24,675 bases of DNA from Nitrosomonas europaea (GTDB lineage Bacteria; Pseudomonadota; Gammaproteobacteria; Burkholderiales; Nitrosomonadaceae): the NCBI RefSeq assembly GCF_900167395.1, contig NZ_FUWK01000040.1, positions 1 to 24,675 on the forward strand, given 5' to 3'. Position numbers and translations under genes: made by a program. This document shows, piece by piece, positions 16,788-24,265 of the stretch (positions within the stretch are counted from its first letter, which is position 1; the number at the start of each line of letters is the position of its first letter). The notes under the pieces were generated by a model that had not been told where the DNA came from, made no database searches, and saw only the letters and a list, made by a program, of their open reading frames with translations.

Positions 16788-17019
16788 ATGCCATATTCCA
16801 CACTATTTTAAGAGTGACAGCAAGCAGCCGTCATATCAGAGCTGCGCTGTATCAGCCAAAGGGGAAACCTGTACCAGAATTTTCTGAGATCTCGAATCAC
16901 GTGAGTTACTCGAAACCAGTGCCGTAAAGATTCAGAACAATCCTGCCGTATCCATACCAGCATCATGCTGTAACCGACAAAGGCTAATCTGTCGTAAGGC
17001 AGGGGCGCAAAGTTTCCGG

Positions 17020-17038
17020 TCCTGATCCATGATCAGGA
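17020..17038. promoter_or_regulatory. perfect 8-bp inverted repeat in the apaG/protease intergenic region
   Basis: TCCTGATC cat GATCAGGA, about 95 nt upstream of the protease ATG. Function unknown. Confidence 0.25.
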
Positions 17039-17132
17039 AAGCGGGACTGCCGAAGTTCGCATCCGATTTTCCATTCGGGCATGCGTGCTGATGAGTCGGC
17101 TTTCTATAACCCATCTTCTCAAGGAGCCGTGC

Positions 17133-19262
17133 ATGGCAAATGCAAAACCAGTTTGCTCACTCTTTCACTCTACTTTTCATGATGGTATTGCCAGTGTTTT
17201 TCACCGTTCTTTCAGCTTTCCACTTCTCCTGATTCTGCTGATCGCCTTTTCCGGCAGCGGCTACGCCAATTCGAGCAAAGAAACCCGGGCAGCTGCCAGA
17301 TCGGAATCTGCTGGTAAAACTGTTTCATCCCGCTGGGCGAAAGGCCGCTTGCTGGTCATTCCCCGTGCCGGTTTGACTGCGATGGAATTCGATAAAGCCA
17401 CCAAACCATATGGCGTGAAATCCAGACGCAGGCTCAACGGACTGAATGCTCACGTCTACGAACTGCCCGATGGCGTGGATGAAGTCAAAGTATTGGACAA
17501 ACTCAAGAAAGACCGGCGCTTCAAGGCGGTAGAGCTGGACAGGCTGGTTGAACCTGCTCAAGTCGTCACTGACCCCGCTTTTGGCAACAGTTGGGCACTG
17601 CCTAAAATTCAGGCGCCTGCCGCCTGGGATATTGCGACCGGTGACGGTATCACCATCGCGATTCTGGATACCGGTGTGGATGGCACTCACCCTGATCTGG
17701 CCGCCAACATGCTTCCCGGCTGGAATGCGTATGACAATAATACCGATACCAGTGATATCTACGGCCACGGTACCAAAGTGGCCGGCACGGCAGCCGCAGT
17801 CGCCAATAACGGTGCCGGCAGTTCCGGATTGGCCTGGAATGCACGCATTCTGCCGGTGCGTATTTCCATGCCGGATGGCCGTGCATACTTGAGCGACATG
17901 GCCAAAGGTATCCGCTGGGCGGCAGACAACGGCGCCAGAATAGCCAATATCAGCTACGGCGGTGCAGAAAGCCTGACTGTCCAGTCAGCTGCCAATTACA
18001 TGCGCAGCAAGGGTGGAGTGGTAGTCATGTCCGCAGGTAATTCCGGTGGATTGAACAATTTTCCCGCCAGTAACGCCATCATCGTTGCTTCAGCTACGGA
18101 CAGCAAAGATGCCCGTGCCAGCTGGTCCAGCTACGGGCCTTATGTCGATGTGGCAGCCCCCGGTGTGAGCATCTATACCACGATACGCGGTGGTGGTTAC
18201 GGCTATGTCTCCGGCACATCCTTCTCCAGCCCGATCGTAGCGGCAGCTGCTGCATTGCTGTTTTCCATCAACCCGGATCTTGCTCCGACGGATATCGACC
18301 AGATGCTGACCGCTACTGCGCAAGACCTTGGCAACGCCGGATATGACCAATATTACGGCCATGGCCGTATCAATGCCGCCAGTGCGGTCAATGCTGCCCA
18401 CGCACGCATCAGCGTAGACAGAACGGCACCGCTGATCAGCATTGCTTCCCCCACTGGTGGAACAGTCTCTGGCAGCGTTCCGGTAGATGTCAATTATTCC
18501 GACAACAAGGGCGTGGTGCGGGTGGATCTGTACGTCAACGGCCGCAAAACAATCGAAGATACTCAACCACCTTTCGCCTTCGCCTGGGATACCACGACAC
18601 TGGCTAACGGCAGCTATACGCTGGTCGCATATGCCTTCGATGCCGCCGGCAACCAGGGCACTTCTTCCACTGTGAATGTCACGGTAAAAAATACTGTGGC
18701 CGATACCACCCCGCCGACGATCAGCATTACCTCCCCTGCCGGTGGAGCCGTCGTCTTAGGCAGTGTGCCAGTCAATGTCAATTCTTCCGACAACATTGGA
18801 GTGGTACGCACGGAGCTACACGTCAATGGTAAAAAAGTGATGGAAGGTACCGGCTCCAGTTTTGTCTGGGATACCAAATCACTGGCAGATGGCAACTATA
18901 CGCTGGTAGCGTATGCCTTTGATGCTGCCGGCAACCAAGGTGCTTCCTCTCCGGTAGCTGTCAGTGTAAAAAATACCGGCACTACTACAAATACCGAACC
19001 ACTGCCGCAAATCAACTCATTCAACCTCAGGGATGGGCAGAACGTCAGCCGTAACCAGAATATCAGGGTAACTGCCGACAGGAACACCCGCAAAATCAAC
19101 CTGAAAATCAATGGCGGCATTATCGCCGCTGCTAACGGTAACTCGTTGAGTTATCGCTGGAATACCAGTGCGATCCCCAAAAATAGTAATATCACCGTCA
19201 CGGCAGAAGCATTCAATGCCAAAGGGGATGCCACCAGCAGAACAGTCACGGTAAGAAATTAG
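17133..19262 (+). CDS. secreted subtilisin-like serine protease (peptidase S8) with C-terminal tandem Ig-like domains
   Basis: AAGGAG lies 6 nt upstream of ATG 17133, and there is a hydrophobic signal region FPLLLILLIAFSGSGYA. Catalytic triad motifs are AILDTGVD, HGTKVAGTAAA and SGTSFSSPIVAAAAA. Three ~95-aa repeats follow. Confidence 0.85.
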   Translation: MANAKPVCSLFHSTFHDGIASVFHRSFSFPLLLILLIAFSGSGYANSSKETRAAARSESAGKTVSSRWAKGRLLVIPRAGLTAMEFDKATKPYGVKSRRRLNGLNAHVYELPDGVDEVKVLDKLKKDRRFKAVELDRLVEPAQVVTDPAFGNSWALPKIQAPAAWDIATGDGITIAILDTGVDGTHPDLAANMLPGWNAYDNNTDTSDIYGHGTKVAGTAAAVANNGAGSSGLAWNARILPVRISMPDGRAYLSDMAKGIRWAADNGARIANISYGGAESLTVQSAANYMRSKGGVVVMSAGNSGGLNNFPASNAIIVASATDSKDARASWSSYGPYVDVAAPGVSIYTTIRGGGYGYVSGTSFSSPIVAAAAALLFSINPDLAPTDIDQMLTATAQDLGNAGYDQYYGHGRINAASAVNAAHARISVDRTAPLISIASPTGGTVSGSVPVDVNYSDNKGVVRVDLYVNGRKTIEDTQPPFAFAWDTTTLANGSYTLVAYAFDAAGNQGTSSTVNVTVKNTVADTTPPTISITSPAGGAVVLGSVPVNVNSSDNIGVVRTELHVNGKKVMEGTGSSFVWDTKSLADGNYTLVAYAFDAAGNQGASSPVAVSVKNTGTTTNTEPLPQINSFNLRDGQNVSRNQNIRVTADRNTRKINLKINGGIIAAANGNSLSYRWNTSAIPKNSNITVTAEAFNAKGDATSRTVTVRN
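18414..18983 (+). repeat. tandem coding repeat, two units of ~285/282 bp (plus a third divergent unit to ~19259)
   Basis: ...SPTGGTVSGSVPVDVNYSDNKGVVRVDLYVNG...GSYTLVAYAFDAAGNQG... vs ...SPAGGAVVLGSVPVNVNSSDNIGVVRTELHVNG...GNYTLVAYAFDAAGNQG.... The same repeat produces the two minus-strand shadow ORFs ending in PWLPAASKAYATSV. Confidence 0.85.
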
Positions 19263-19285
19263 TAAACTTCTTCATCTCCATTCTC

Positions 19286-19316
19286 AAACGCCCTGTTTCC
19301 ACAGGGCGTTTTTTTG
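19286..19316 (+). terminator. rho-independent terminator of the protease gene
   Basis: AAACGCCCTG tttcca CAGGGCGTTT followed by a T run. Confidence 0.8.
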
Positions 19317-19393
19317 TCGGGAAAATTGACAGTGTTATATTGAAGCCAGGCTTATAGCGTATAAAGATGTTTATAAACAACAATATAATATAT

Positions 19394-19409
19394 TGGCACG
19401 TTTTGTGCT
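19394..19409 (+). promoter_or_regulatory. sigma-54 (-24/-12) promoter candidate
   Basis: TGGCACGTTTTGTGCT against the consensus TGGCACG-N4-TTGCW. The GG-N10-GC spacing is correct with a single mismatch. It lies 50 nt upstream of ATG 19459 and is preceded by an AT-rich tract. Confidence 0.55.
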
Positions 19410-19458
19410 TCCTATCAATAGGTATAGTTATTATTATAATAAGCCAGCGAAGGAAAAT

Positions 19459-20046
19459 ATGAAAAAACAAGTAATCAAGGGAATGTTGGCGGCATCTGCT
19501 GCAGCTTTGATGTTGGGCGTATCTGCGGCTCACGCCAATGTGATTGATGAGTTAGTGGGCTCTGCCAAATTGGGTAACTCTGGTGATGGTACAGAGCTTG
19601 CATTTATCAGAAGTATAACAGGCGATAATACCCTGACACTGGATTTCAAAATCAACGATAATGATTCGAGCTTCAATGTAATGTCCAATGGACTTGATTC
19701 CTGGTTCATTGATGTTGCTCCAGACACACCGGGATATTTTATGTTGAAATTGGGCGTCCCCGGGAACTCAACCTTACATAGTCATTATGTTTTCAAAAAC
19801 ATAGGTGAGTTGGATAAACTTGTATGGTCAAATGATCAGGTAAATTACCTGACAGGAGGCAATTGTGGTCTTAATGGAAGCCCCAATAGCTGTAATATCG
19901 GGCGTTTGAGCCACTATGTTGGTACACAGGGTATTGGTGGTGAAGATCCTGAAGTACCGGGAGAGATTCCTGAACCGGCCAGCATGTTGCTGTTTGGGGC
20001 CGGGTTACTGGGACTGGGGTTGAGCCGCCGCCGTAAACTGGTCTAA
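19459..20046 (+). CDS. PEP-CTERM sorting-domain secreted protein
   Basis: Signal peptide MKKQVIKGMLAASAAALMLGVSAAHA; C-terminus IPEPASMLLFGAGLLGLGLSRRRK (PEP motif, TM helix, basic tail); AAGGAA RBS. Confidence 0.85.
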   Translation: MKKQVIKGMLAASAAALMLGVSAAHANVIDELVGSAKLGNSGDGTELAFIRSITGDNTLTLDFKINDNDSSFNVMSNGLDSWFIDVAPDTPGYFMLKLGVPGNSTLHSHYVFKNIGELDKLVWSNDQVNYLTGGNCGLNGSPNSCNIGRLSHYVGTQGIGGEDPEVPGEIPEPASMLLFGAGLLGLGLSRRRKLV

Positions 20047-20091
20047 TCAGAAACAGATAACAAAATAACCATAAGTGAAACAAAGACTCAG

Positions 20092-20118
20092 GCGCCGGGA
20101 AACCGGCGCTTTTCTTTT
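20092..20118 (+). terminator. rho-independent terminator
   Basis: GCGCCGG gaaa CCGGCGC followed by TTTTCTTTT. Confidence 0.8.
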
Positions 20119-20335
20119 ATACTTTTAGTTTTATTCAGCCTTTCATCCCGTTTTATAAAGACATCCGCATACCCATCTATTATTGCGGGAAGGCTCCAGA
20201 CCGACACGGCAACCCGGTATTTTTACCAATGCTTCATGCCCGCAGCGTTCGTAAAGACATCCAACCCGTCATCGCGAGACATATTGGCGATCCAGAATGG
20301 ATTACAGGCCAAATCGAGGTCAAAGAGTCAGTCAG

Positions 20336-20504
20336 AATCAACGCTTGTTACACTCGGTACCGGCACCAGCGCTTTCCGAACCTTCAGCTCAACTTCAGCA
20401 CAGATCACAAAACGCTGCTTCCAGAGAACCCCGAGCCGAGCCGGTTCAACAAACGGGCCATACCGTGGTTCACTTCGCGAACGACATAACCTTAATTGTT
20501 ATGT
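20336..20504 (-). other. long attC-like element / repeat A1 downstream of parE
   Basis: On the minus strand, ACATAAC (contains the parE TAA stop) AATTA AGG... ends in ...GTGTAACAAGC GTTGATT (rc of 20336-20342). Parts are repeated at 23339-23424. At 169 bp it is long for an attC, and the structure has not been checked. Confidence 0.4.
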
Positions 20505-20795
20505 TTCAGTTGGTAAAACAAGCGGTCGCTCACTGCGCCAAACACGAATTACTTTTATCGCGCCTTTTTCCCTCAGATAAACCACCCTGAAAGGAGCAAA
20601 GATAATTTCCCGGATATGGGGGAGTTGGAATTCAGGCACTATTCTGCCCATATCCGGATGGTCGGCCAAAATCTGAATATGCTCGATTATTTCTTGGGCA
20701 AATTTGAAACCAACATCAGGAACACCTTCTGCAGTGTAATAACTGATCATGGTTTCCAGGTCATTAAAAGCAGAATTGGAAATGCTGACTTTCAT
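20499..20795 (-). CDS. parE: type II toxin, ParE/RelE family
   Basis: MKVSISNSAFNDLETMISYY...PFRVVYLREKGAIKVIRVWRSER. Overlaps the antitoxin by 4 nt. Confidence 0.85.
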   Translation of the reverse strand: MKVSISNSAFNDLETMISYYTAEGVPDVGFKFAQEIIEHIQILADHPDMGRIVPEFQLPHIREIIFAPFRVVYLREKGAIKVIRVWRSERPLVLPTET

Positions 20796-21061
20796 TCGAT
20801 GCCTAAACGCTTTTTCGCCTCAGACAATGACATGGTATTGCCCTCTTTGATGTCCATAAGACCTTGGGCAACCGCTTTGACAAAAGCCAGCTCTTCCTGG
20901 CTCTTTTCATATTCATCGAGGTCTTGCACTACAGCCACACCTCGGCCACGACTGGTTAAAAGAACAGGTCTGCGAGTTTCTTTAACTCGGCTTACAACGC
21001 GACCAGGATTGACTTTTAAATCTGCAAGGGGAATTACATCTTCAGAGAATTTGATTGTCAT
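20792..21061 (-). CDS. type II antitoxin, Phd/YefM family
   Basis: MTIKFSEDVIPLADLKVNPGRVVSRVKETRRPVLLTSRGRGVAVVQDLDEYE. GGAGG lies 5 nt upstream of ATG 21061; the track start at 21073 is a TTG. Confidence 0.85.
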   Translation of the reverse strand: MTIKFSEDVIPLADLKVNPGRVVSRVKETRRPVLLTSRGRGVAVVQDLDEYEKSQEELAFVKAVAQGLMDIKEGNTMSLSEAKKRLGIE

Positions 21062-21088
21062 GACTGCCTCCAAAATGATTTAGACCAG

Positions 21089-21118
21089 TTTATAGCACCT
21101 ATTAACATAACTTGTAAA
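21089..21118 (-). promoter_or_regulatory. candidate sigma-70 promoter of phd-parE
   Basis: On the minus strand, TTTACA, 18 nt, TATAAA, about 25 nt upstream of the RBS. Confidence 0.4.
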
Positions 21119-21180
21119 AAGACATAATTGAGGGTATGCAGCCCGCGTCATCGGTTCGGAATGATGTGGTTCAATAGATC

Positions 21181-21378
21181 TGTACACTGCAGTCAAGAGA
21201 TAATATTTTTAACTGGAGGTCAGGAGATGATCACAAGGAAGCAGTATTCAAAAGAGTTCAAACTGGACGCTGTCAGTCTGGCACTGGATCAGGGAGTATC
21301 GGGAGGATAGCAACGGACAGGCATTCAGGGGTAACGGCAAGCTGACCCCGGAGCAGGAGGAAATCAGAAATCAAAGGA
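21181..21378 (+). pseudogene. IS3-family relic: left end plus internally deleted, 3'-truncated orfA
   Basis: TGTACACTGCAG... is an IS150/IS3-like terminus. ATG 21227 gives MITRKQYSKEFKLDAVSLALDQG, then a frame break. A second frame reads AFRGNGKLTPEQEEIRNQ, and the similarity ends near 21375. No orfB is present. Confidence 0.65.
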
Positions 21379-21387
21379 TCAGGTCCA

Positions 21388-21437
21388 GAATCAATAACAC
21401 TTGTTATCTTATTTTCTTCATTCTCGGCCTGGCCCCT
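21388..21437. repeat. repeat C1 (GAATCAATAACACTTGTTATCT) fused to repeat B3
   Basis: The 17-bp GAATCAATAACACTTGT is identical at 22161-22177. CTTATTTTCTTCATTCTCGGCCTGGCCC matches B1 (23013-) at about 24/28. It contains an AAC/GTT heptamer (21403-21409) 35 nt downstream of the mazF stop. Confidence 0.55.
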
Positions 21438-21444
21438 ATTATTT

Positions 21445-21783
21445 CTAGCTGCCGATAATTTCATTTAAACCTTCAACAATCTGCGCAAGCTCTTCAGGAG
21501 CAATCGCCCCGATCTTCTTACCAATGCGTTCAGTGGAAAGTGTACGGATTTGACTTATCTTTACCCAGGAGCGTTTAGGCAAGCTGGATTTCAGAATTTC
21601 GTATGTCAACGGAAATCCGGCGCGCTGTTCCTGACTGGTGAGCGCCATAGCAATGACTGTTCCGGACCGCTCATTGAATATATCCTGACTCAGGACAAGA
21701 ATCGGCCGCTCACCTGATTGCTCTCGACCAACAGTTGGATTGAGATTAGCCCACCGGATCTCGCCCCTCAATATTTTGGCCAC
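21445..21783 (-). CDS. mazF: type II toxin, MazF/PemK-family endoribonuclease
   Basis: [37 protein letters not shown]...[14 protein letters not shown]. Confidence 0.85.
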   Translation of the reverse strand: MAKILRGEIRWANLNPTVGREQSGERPILVLSQDIFNERSGTVIAMALTSQEQRAGFPLTYEILKSSLPKRSWVKISQIRTLSTERIGKKIGAIAPEELAQIVEGLNEIIGS

Positions 21784-22010
21784 GCAACCAGCTCCTCAGA
21801 CAAACCTTCGTCTGCCATTGCCTTTTCAAAGGCAGGATCAAGTTTTGCGCATTCCTCGGCCAGACGGCTACGATCCATGCGCTCCAGCTTTTCCTGCACA
21901 GCCTCCTGGATCGCACGGCTGCGGTTAGCAAATACACGCTGCCTCACCAGCGCATCCACTCTGGCAAGCACCTCTTCTTCGATTGTGATAGCTACTTTGG
22001 TCTGACTCAT
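21768..22010 (-). CDS. type II antitoxin, ribbon-helix-helix (CopG-like)
   Basis: [38 protein letters not shown]. Overlaps mazF by 16 nt. Confidence 0.8.
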   Translation of the reverse strand: MSQTKVAITIEEEVLARVDALVRQRVFANRSRAIQEAVQEKLERMDRSRLAEECAKLDPAFEKAMADEGLSEELVAWPKY

Positions 22011-22028
22011 AACGACACCTTACTCTAG

Positions 22029-22068
22029 TATGACAATTGATCATACCTTCTAAATTTTGTCAGTACAA
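22029..22068 (-). promoter_or_regulatory. sigma-70 promoter and near-palindromic operator of the RHH-mazF operon
   Basis: On the minus strand, TTGTAC (rc of 22063-22068), 17 nt, TATGAT (rc of 22040-22045). TATGA-N7-TCATA (22029-22045) overlaps the -10. Confidence 0.5.
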
Positions 22069-22182
22069 CCTGAAGTAGCTAACGGTTTAGCCCTCTATTA
22101 CAACCTTGCGAAAAACAGCGGTGATTAGCGCTCAGGTAGAGATAAATTCCACGAAACCCGGAATCAATAACACTTGTCAACT
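22063..22182. other. attC-like element between the vapBC and mazEF modules (orientation ambiguous)
   Basis: AAC/GTT heptamers occur at both ends: GTACAAC / AGCTAAC (22063-22083) and GTCAACT (22176-22182). AGCTAAC and the rc of GTCAACT match at 5/7. Internal stem ATTCC-N9-GGAAT. Read on the minus strand, it starts 34 nt after the vapC stop and ends 66 nt before the RHH ATG. Confidence 0.4.
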
Positions 22183-22216
22183 TAAAAACAGCTTGATCAG
22201 GTATAAAAAAGGGTAT

Positions 22217-22645
22217 TTATGCTTCGGTTTCCCAGGGATTAATTACATTCAAACCTGCAATGTCCTCAAAATCAACGGTATTACGCGTAGATAAGAACAT
22301 TCGATATGCCAGCGCAATCGCAGCGATCTGAGCATCCTCCACGCTGATGGGCCGACCCATTCGGGTCCGTGTAGAAACGATACGCCCATAGTAACTGGCC
22401 GCGATTTCATCAAATGGCAGGCAGCGCCCGGCAAAATCCTCATCGAACATTGTCCGGGCGGCCTGGCTTAAACTTTTCTGTCGCTTACTCTCCGGCATCA
22501 GTGCCAGGCCTAATTCGATTTCGGCACGGCTAACAGCGTTTGTCCAGATCTCATTGGGCGCCTGCCTGTCCAGCCAAACAACCACTTGAGTAGCGGGTTG
22601 CAGACGCATAAATTCAGAAAGCACATTGGTATCGAGCAAAATCAT
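22217..22645 (-). CDS. vapC: type II toxin VapC (PIN-domain ribonuclease)
   Basis: MILLDTNVLSEFMR... with the conserved acidic residues of PIN domains. Overlaps the antitoxin by 4 nt. Confidence 0.85.
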   Translation of the reverse strand: MILLDTNVLSEFMRLQPATQVVVWLDRQAPNEIWTNAVSRAEIELGLALMPESKRQKSLSQAARTMFDEDFAGRCLPFDEIAASYYGRIVSTRTRMGRPISVEDAQIAAIALAYRMFLSTRNTVDFEDIAGLNVINPWETEA

Positions 22646-22896
22646 ATTGGCTCATCCCAACTCGGCGGAGTGCGCGGCACCTGACGTGCGGGCAAAGCAA
22701 ACTCTTTGCTTGTTGACTCAGCAAAGCGACTCAGCAAATGCTGGCCAAATGGGAATTGACTACTACCAGCACGAGAAAGCTCCTGCCGAAGGATTCGCCG
22801 CACCTCCTCTTCCATTGACACCCCATGCTGCGCCGCACGAATACGCAGCAACCGTTTGGTTACATCGTCCACATTGCGAATGGTCAACGTTGCCAT
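22642..22896 (-). CDS. vapB: type II antitoxin VapB, FitA/Arc-type RHH
   Basis: MATLTIRNVDDVTKRLLRIRAAQHGVSMEEEVRRILRQ. Confidence 0.8.
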   Translation of the reverse strand: MATLTIRNVDDVTKRLLRIRAAQHGVSMEEEVRRILRQELSRAGSSQFPFGQHLLSRFAESTSKEFALPARQVPRTPPSWDEPI

Positions 22897-22913
22897 AAGA
22901 AATCTCCCAGATT

Positions 22914-22957
22914 GACATCAATGCTATCATTATCGGCATTGATGTCTTAGCTGTCAA
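22914..22957 (-). promoter_or_regulatory. sigma-70 promoter of vapBC with a perfect 11-bp inverted-repeat operator
   Basis: On the minus strand, TTGACA (rc of 22952-22957), 17 nt, GATAAT (rc of 22929-22934). GACATCAATGC (22914-22924) and GCATTGATGTC (22936-22946) flank the -10. Confidence 0.6.
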
Positions 22958-23012
22958 ACAAGAAAAATGACGGGGAAAACGGAGACAAACCATGGTTATC
23001 ATTAACGCTAGG

Positions 23013-23048
23013 CTTATTTTCTTGATTCGCAACCTGACCCTCATCACG
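23013..23048. repeat. repeat B1
   Basis: CTTATTTTCTTGATTCGCAACCTGACCCTCATCACG. Near-identical copy at 24173-24207 and a diverged copy at 21408-21437. A GTT heptamer (GTTATCA, 22995-23001) starts 18 nt before it. Confidence 0.6.
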
Positions 23049-23338
23049 CTTTGGTGATCAGAACGGCAACGGCCGGATCAGCTTCCATTACCGCGACAAC
23101 CGTCCGCCACTACCAGGCCGACGTTCCTATGCCCACACTGCGGCGAACCGATGCAGATGATTTGACAGCGTATTTCACCAACAGCAATCAGACAACAAAT
23201 GACGAAACTGGCAACAGAGATGACTGTGCACACCTGTCCACTGACAAAAGACGCGCTGACCAGCGCCACGGCCACATTCGGCCGAGAAACGGGAGAAACA
23301 TGGCGTAACCGCAGAAATTACCCAGTTATTCAGATCTG

Positions 23339-23424
23339 AGTACCGACACCAGTGCTTCCCCGCGAAAACACCGGACCTTCAGCTCAACTTCAGGGCGACC
23401 ACGACATAACCTTAATTGTTATGG
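23339..23424. repeat. repeat A2 (shortened copy of 20357-20504)
   Basis: GTACCGACACCAGTGCTTCCC..., CCTTCAGCTCAACTTCAG and ACGACATAACCTTAATTGTTATG are shared with A1. About 75 bp present in A1 between the last two blocks is missing here. Confidence 0.6.
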
Positions 23425-23489
23425 CTTTATGAGACCATTTTAAAGTACCATAATTAGTCTTTACTATTCCTGTTCTTTGGATCAAAGCC

Positions 23490-23738
23490 ATGCCAAATAA
23501 AATACTTACTGAAATTGCAGCCAGCATATCCGAGCTCAAAGCCAACCCGATGAAGGTAGTAGCCAGCGGTAAAGGCATGCCAATCGCCGTGCTAAACCAC
23601 AACGAACCCGCCTTTTATTGCGTACCCGCCGCCGCCTATGAAGCAATGATGGAATTGCTCGATGATATCGAGCTGCTAAAAATCGTGAAAGAACGAATGG
23701 ACGAACCCAGCGTCAAGGTCTCGCTCGATGACCTATAA
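23490..23738 (+). CDS. stbD: type II antitoxin, Phd/YefM-StbD family (copy 2)
   Basis: MPNKILTEIAASISELKANPMKVV...AVLNHNEPAFYCVPAAAYE. Paralog of 4569-4820. Confidence 0.85.
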   Translation: MPNKILTEIAASISELKANPMKVVASGKGMPIAVLNHNEPAFYCVPAAAYEAMMELLDDIELLKIVKERMDEPSVKVSLDDL

Positions 23739-24024
23739 ACTGGAATTCAAAAAATCTGCACTCAAAGAATGGGAAAAACTCGGCCATACCATCAAAGAGC
23801 AATTCAAGAAAAAACTCAAAGAACGACTGGAAAATCCTCATGTACATTCAGCAGCTTTGCCTGGGGCCAAAAACATATACAAAATCAAATTGCGCCAACC
23901 TGGATACCGCCTCGTATACTCCGTTGAAGATCAAACTATTACGGTAACTGTCATCGCTATCGGCAAACGCGACCGCAATGAAATTTACGATATAGCTTTA
24001 TCACGATTGCATGACAAATCCTAA
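23728..24024 (+). CDS. stbE: type II toxin, RelE/StbE (copy 2)
   Basis: MTYKLEFKKSALKEWEKL...YKIKLRQPGYRLVYSVEDQTITVTVIAIGKRDRNEIY. Has the same 11-nt overlap with its antitoxin as copy 1. Confidence 0.85.
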   Translation: MTYKLEFKKSALKEWEKLGHTIKEQFKKKLKERLENPHVHSAALPGAKNIYKIKLRQPGYRLVYSVEDQTITVTVIAIGKRDRNEIYDIALSRLHDKS

Positions 24025-24161
24025 GCTATAACGCTGGAATCAAGCCATACAGCGAAGTGAGGTGTGATGCAATAGCGGTTATTTATCAACTATCAACCGC
24101 TGTTCATTGCGAAATCCTGCAAGGATGAAGCAATCCAGTGCCTTCGCTACTCTTGTTGCCG
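24025..24161. other. possible long attC-like element after stbE copy 2
   Basis: GCTATAAC directly follows the TAA stop, and GTTGCCG lies at 24155-24161. Internal complementary blocks are AGCGAAG / CTTCGCT and GCAAT..CGGTT / AACCG..ATTGC. The arms are very asymmetric. Confidence 0.3.
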
Positions 24162-24172
24162 ATCTGTTTAGA

Positions 24173-24207
24173 CTATTTTCTTGATTCGCGACCTGACCCT
24201 GATCACG
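24173..24207. repeat. repeat B2
   Basis: CTATTTTCTTGATTCGCGACCTGACCCTGATCACG, a copy of B1. GTTGCCG starts 18 nt before it, the same spacing as at B1. Confidence 0.6.
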
Positions 24208-24221
24208 TTGAAAATATTGGC

Positions 24222-24259
24222 ATGATAATTAATCATACTTTTCAAATTTCACCGGTCAA
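24222..24259 (-). promoter_or_regulatory. orphan promoter-operator copy homologous to the RHH-mazF promoter
   Basis: On the minus strand, TTGACC (rc of 24254-24259), 16 nt, TATGAT (rc of 24232-24237), overlapped by ATGAT-N5-ATCAT (24222-24236). The flanking CAACCTGAAGCAGCCAACG matches CAACCTGAAGTAGCTAACG at 22066-22084. No TA genes follow. Confidence 0.35.
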
Positions 24260-24265
24260 CCTGAA

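Noticed and set aside
18614-19120. Two minus-strand ORFs both ending in PWLPAASKAYATSV, which looked like a duplicated gene
   Set aside because: This is an artefact of the tandem Ig-like coding repeat of the protease on the plus strand.
23013-23048. Repeat B as a Tn3-family terminal inverted repeat (reverse complement reads GAGGGTCAGGTTGCGAATCAAGAAAATAAG, i.e. GGG... ...TAAG)
   Set aside because: The conserved part is only ~30 nt rather than ~38. It does not start with GGGG at the right distance. All three copies have the same orientation with no inverted partner, and no Tn3 transposase or resolvase is present.
23051-23308. 85-aa plus-strand ORF (MVIRTATAGSASITATTVRHYQ...)
   Set aside because: It starts at a GTG and is low-complexity and Thr/Arg/Asp-rich, with no motif. 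The region is more likely decayed sequence (see the finding on 23049-23338).
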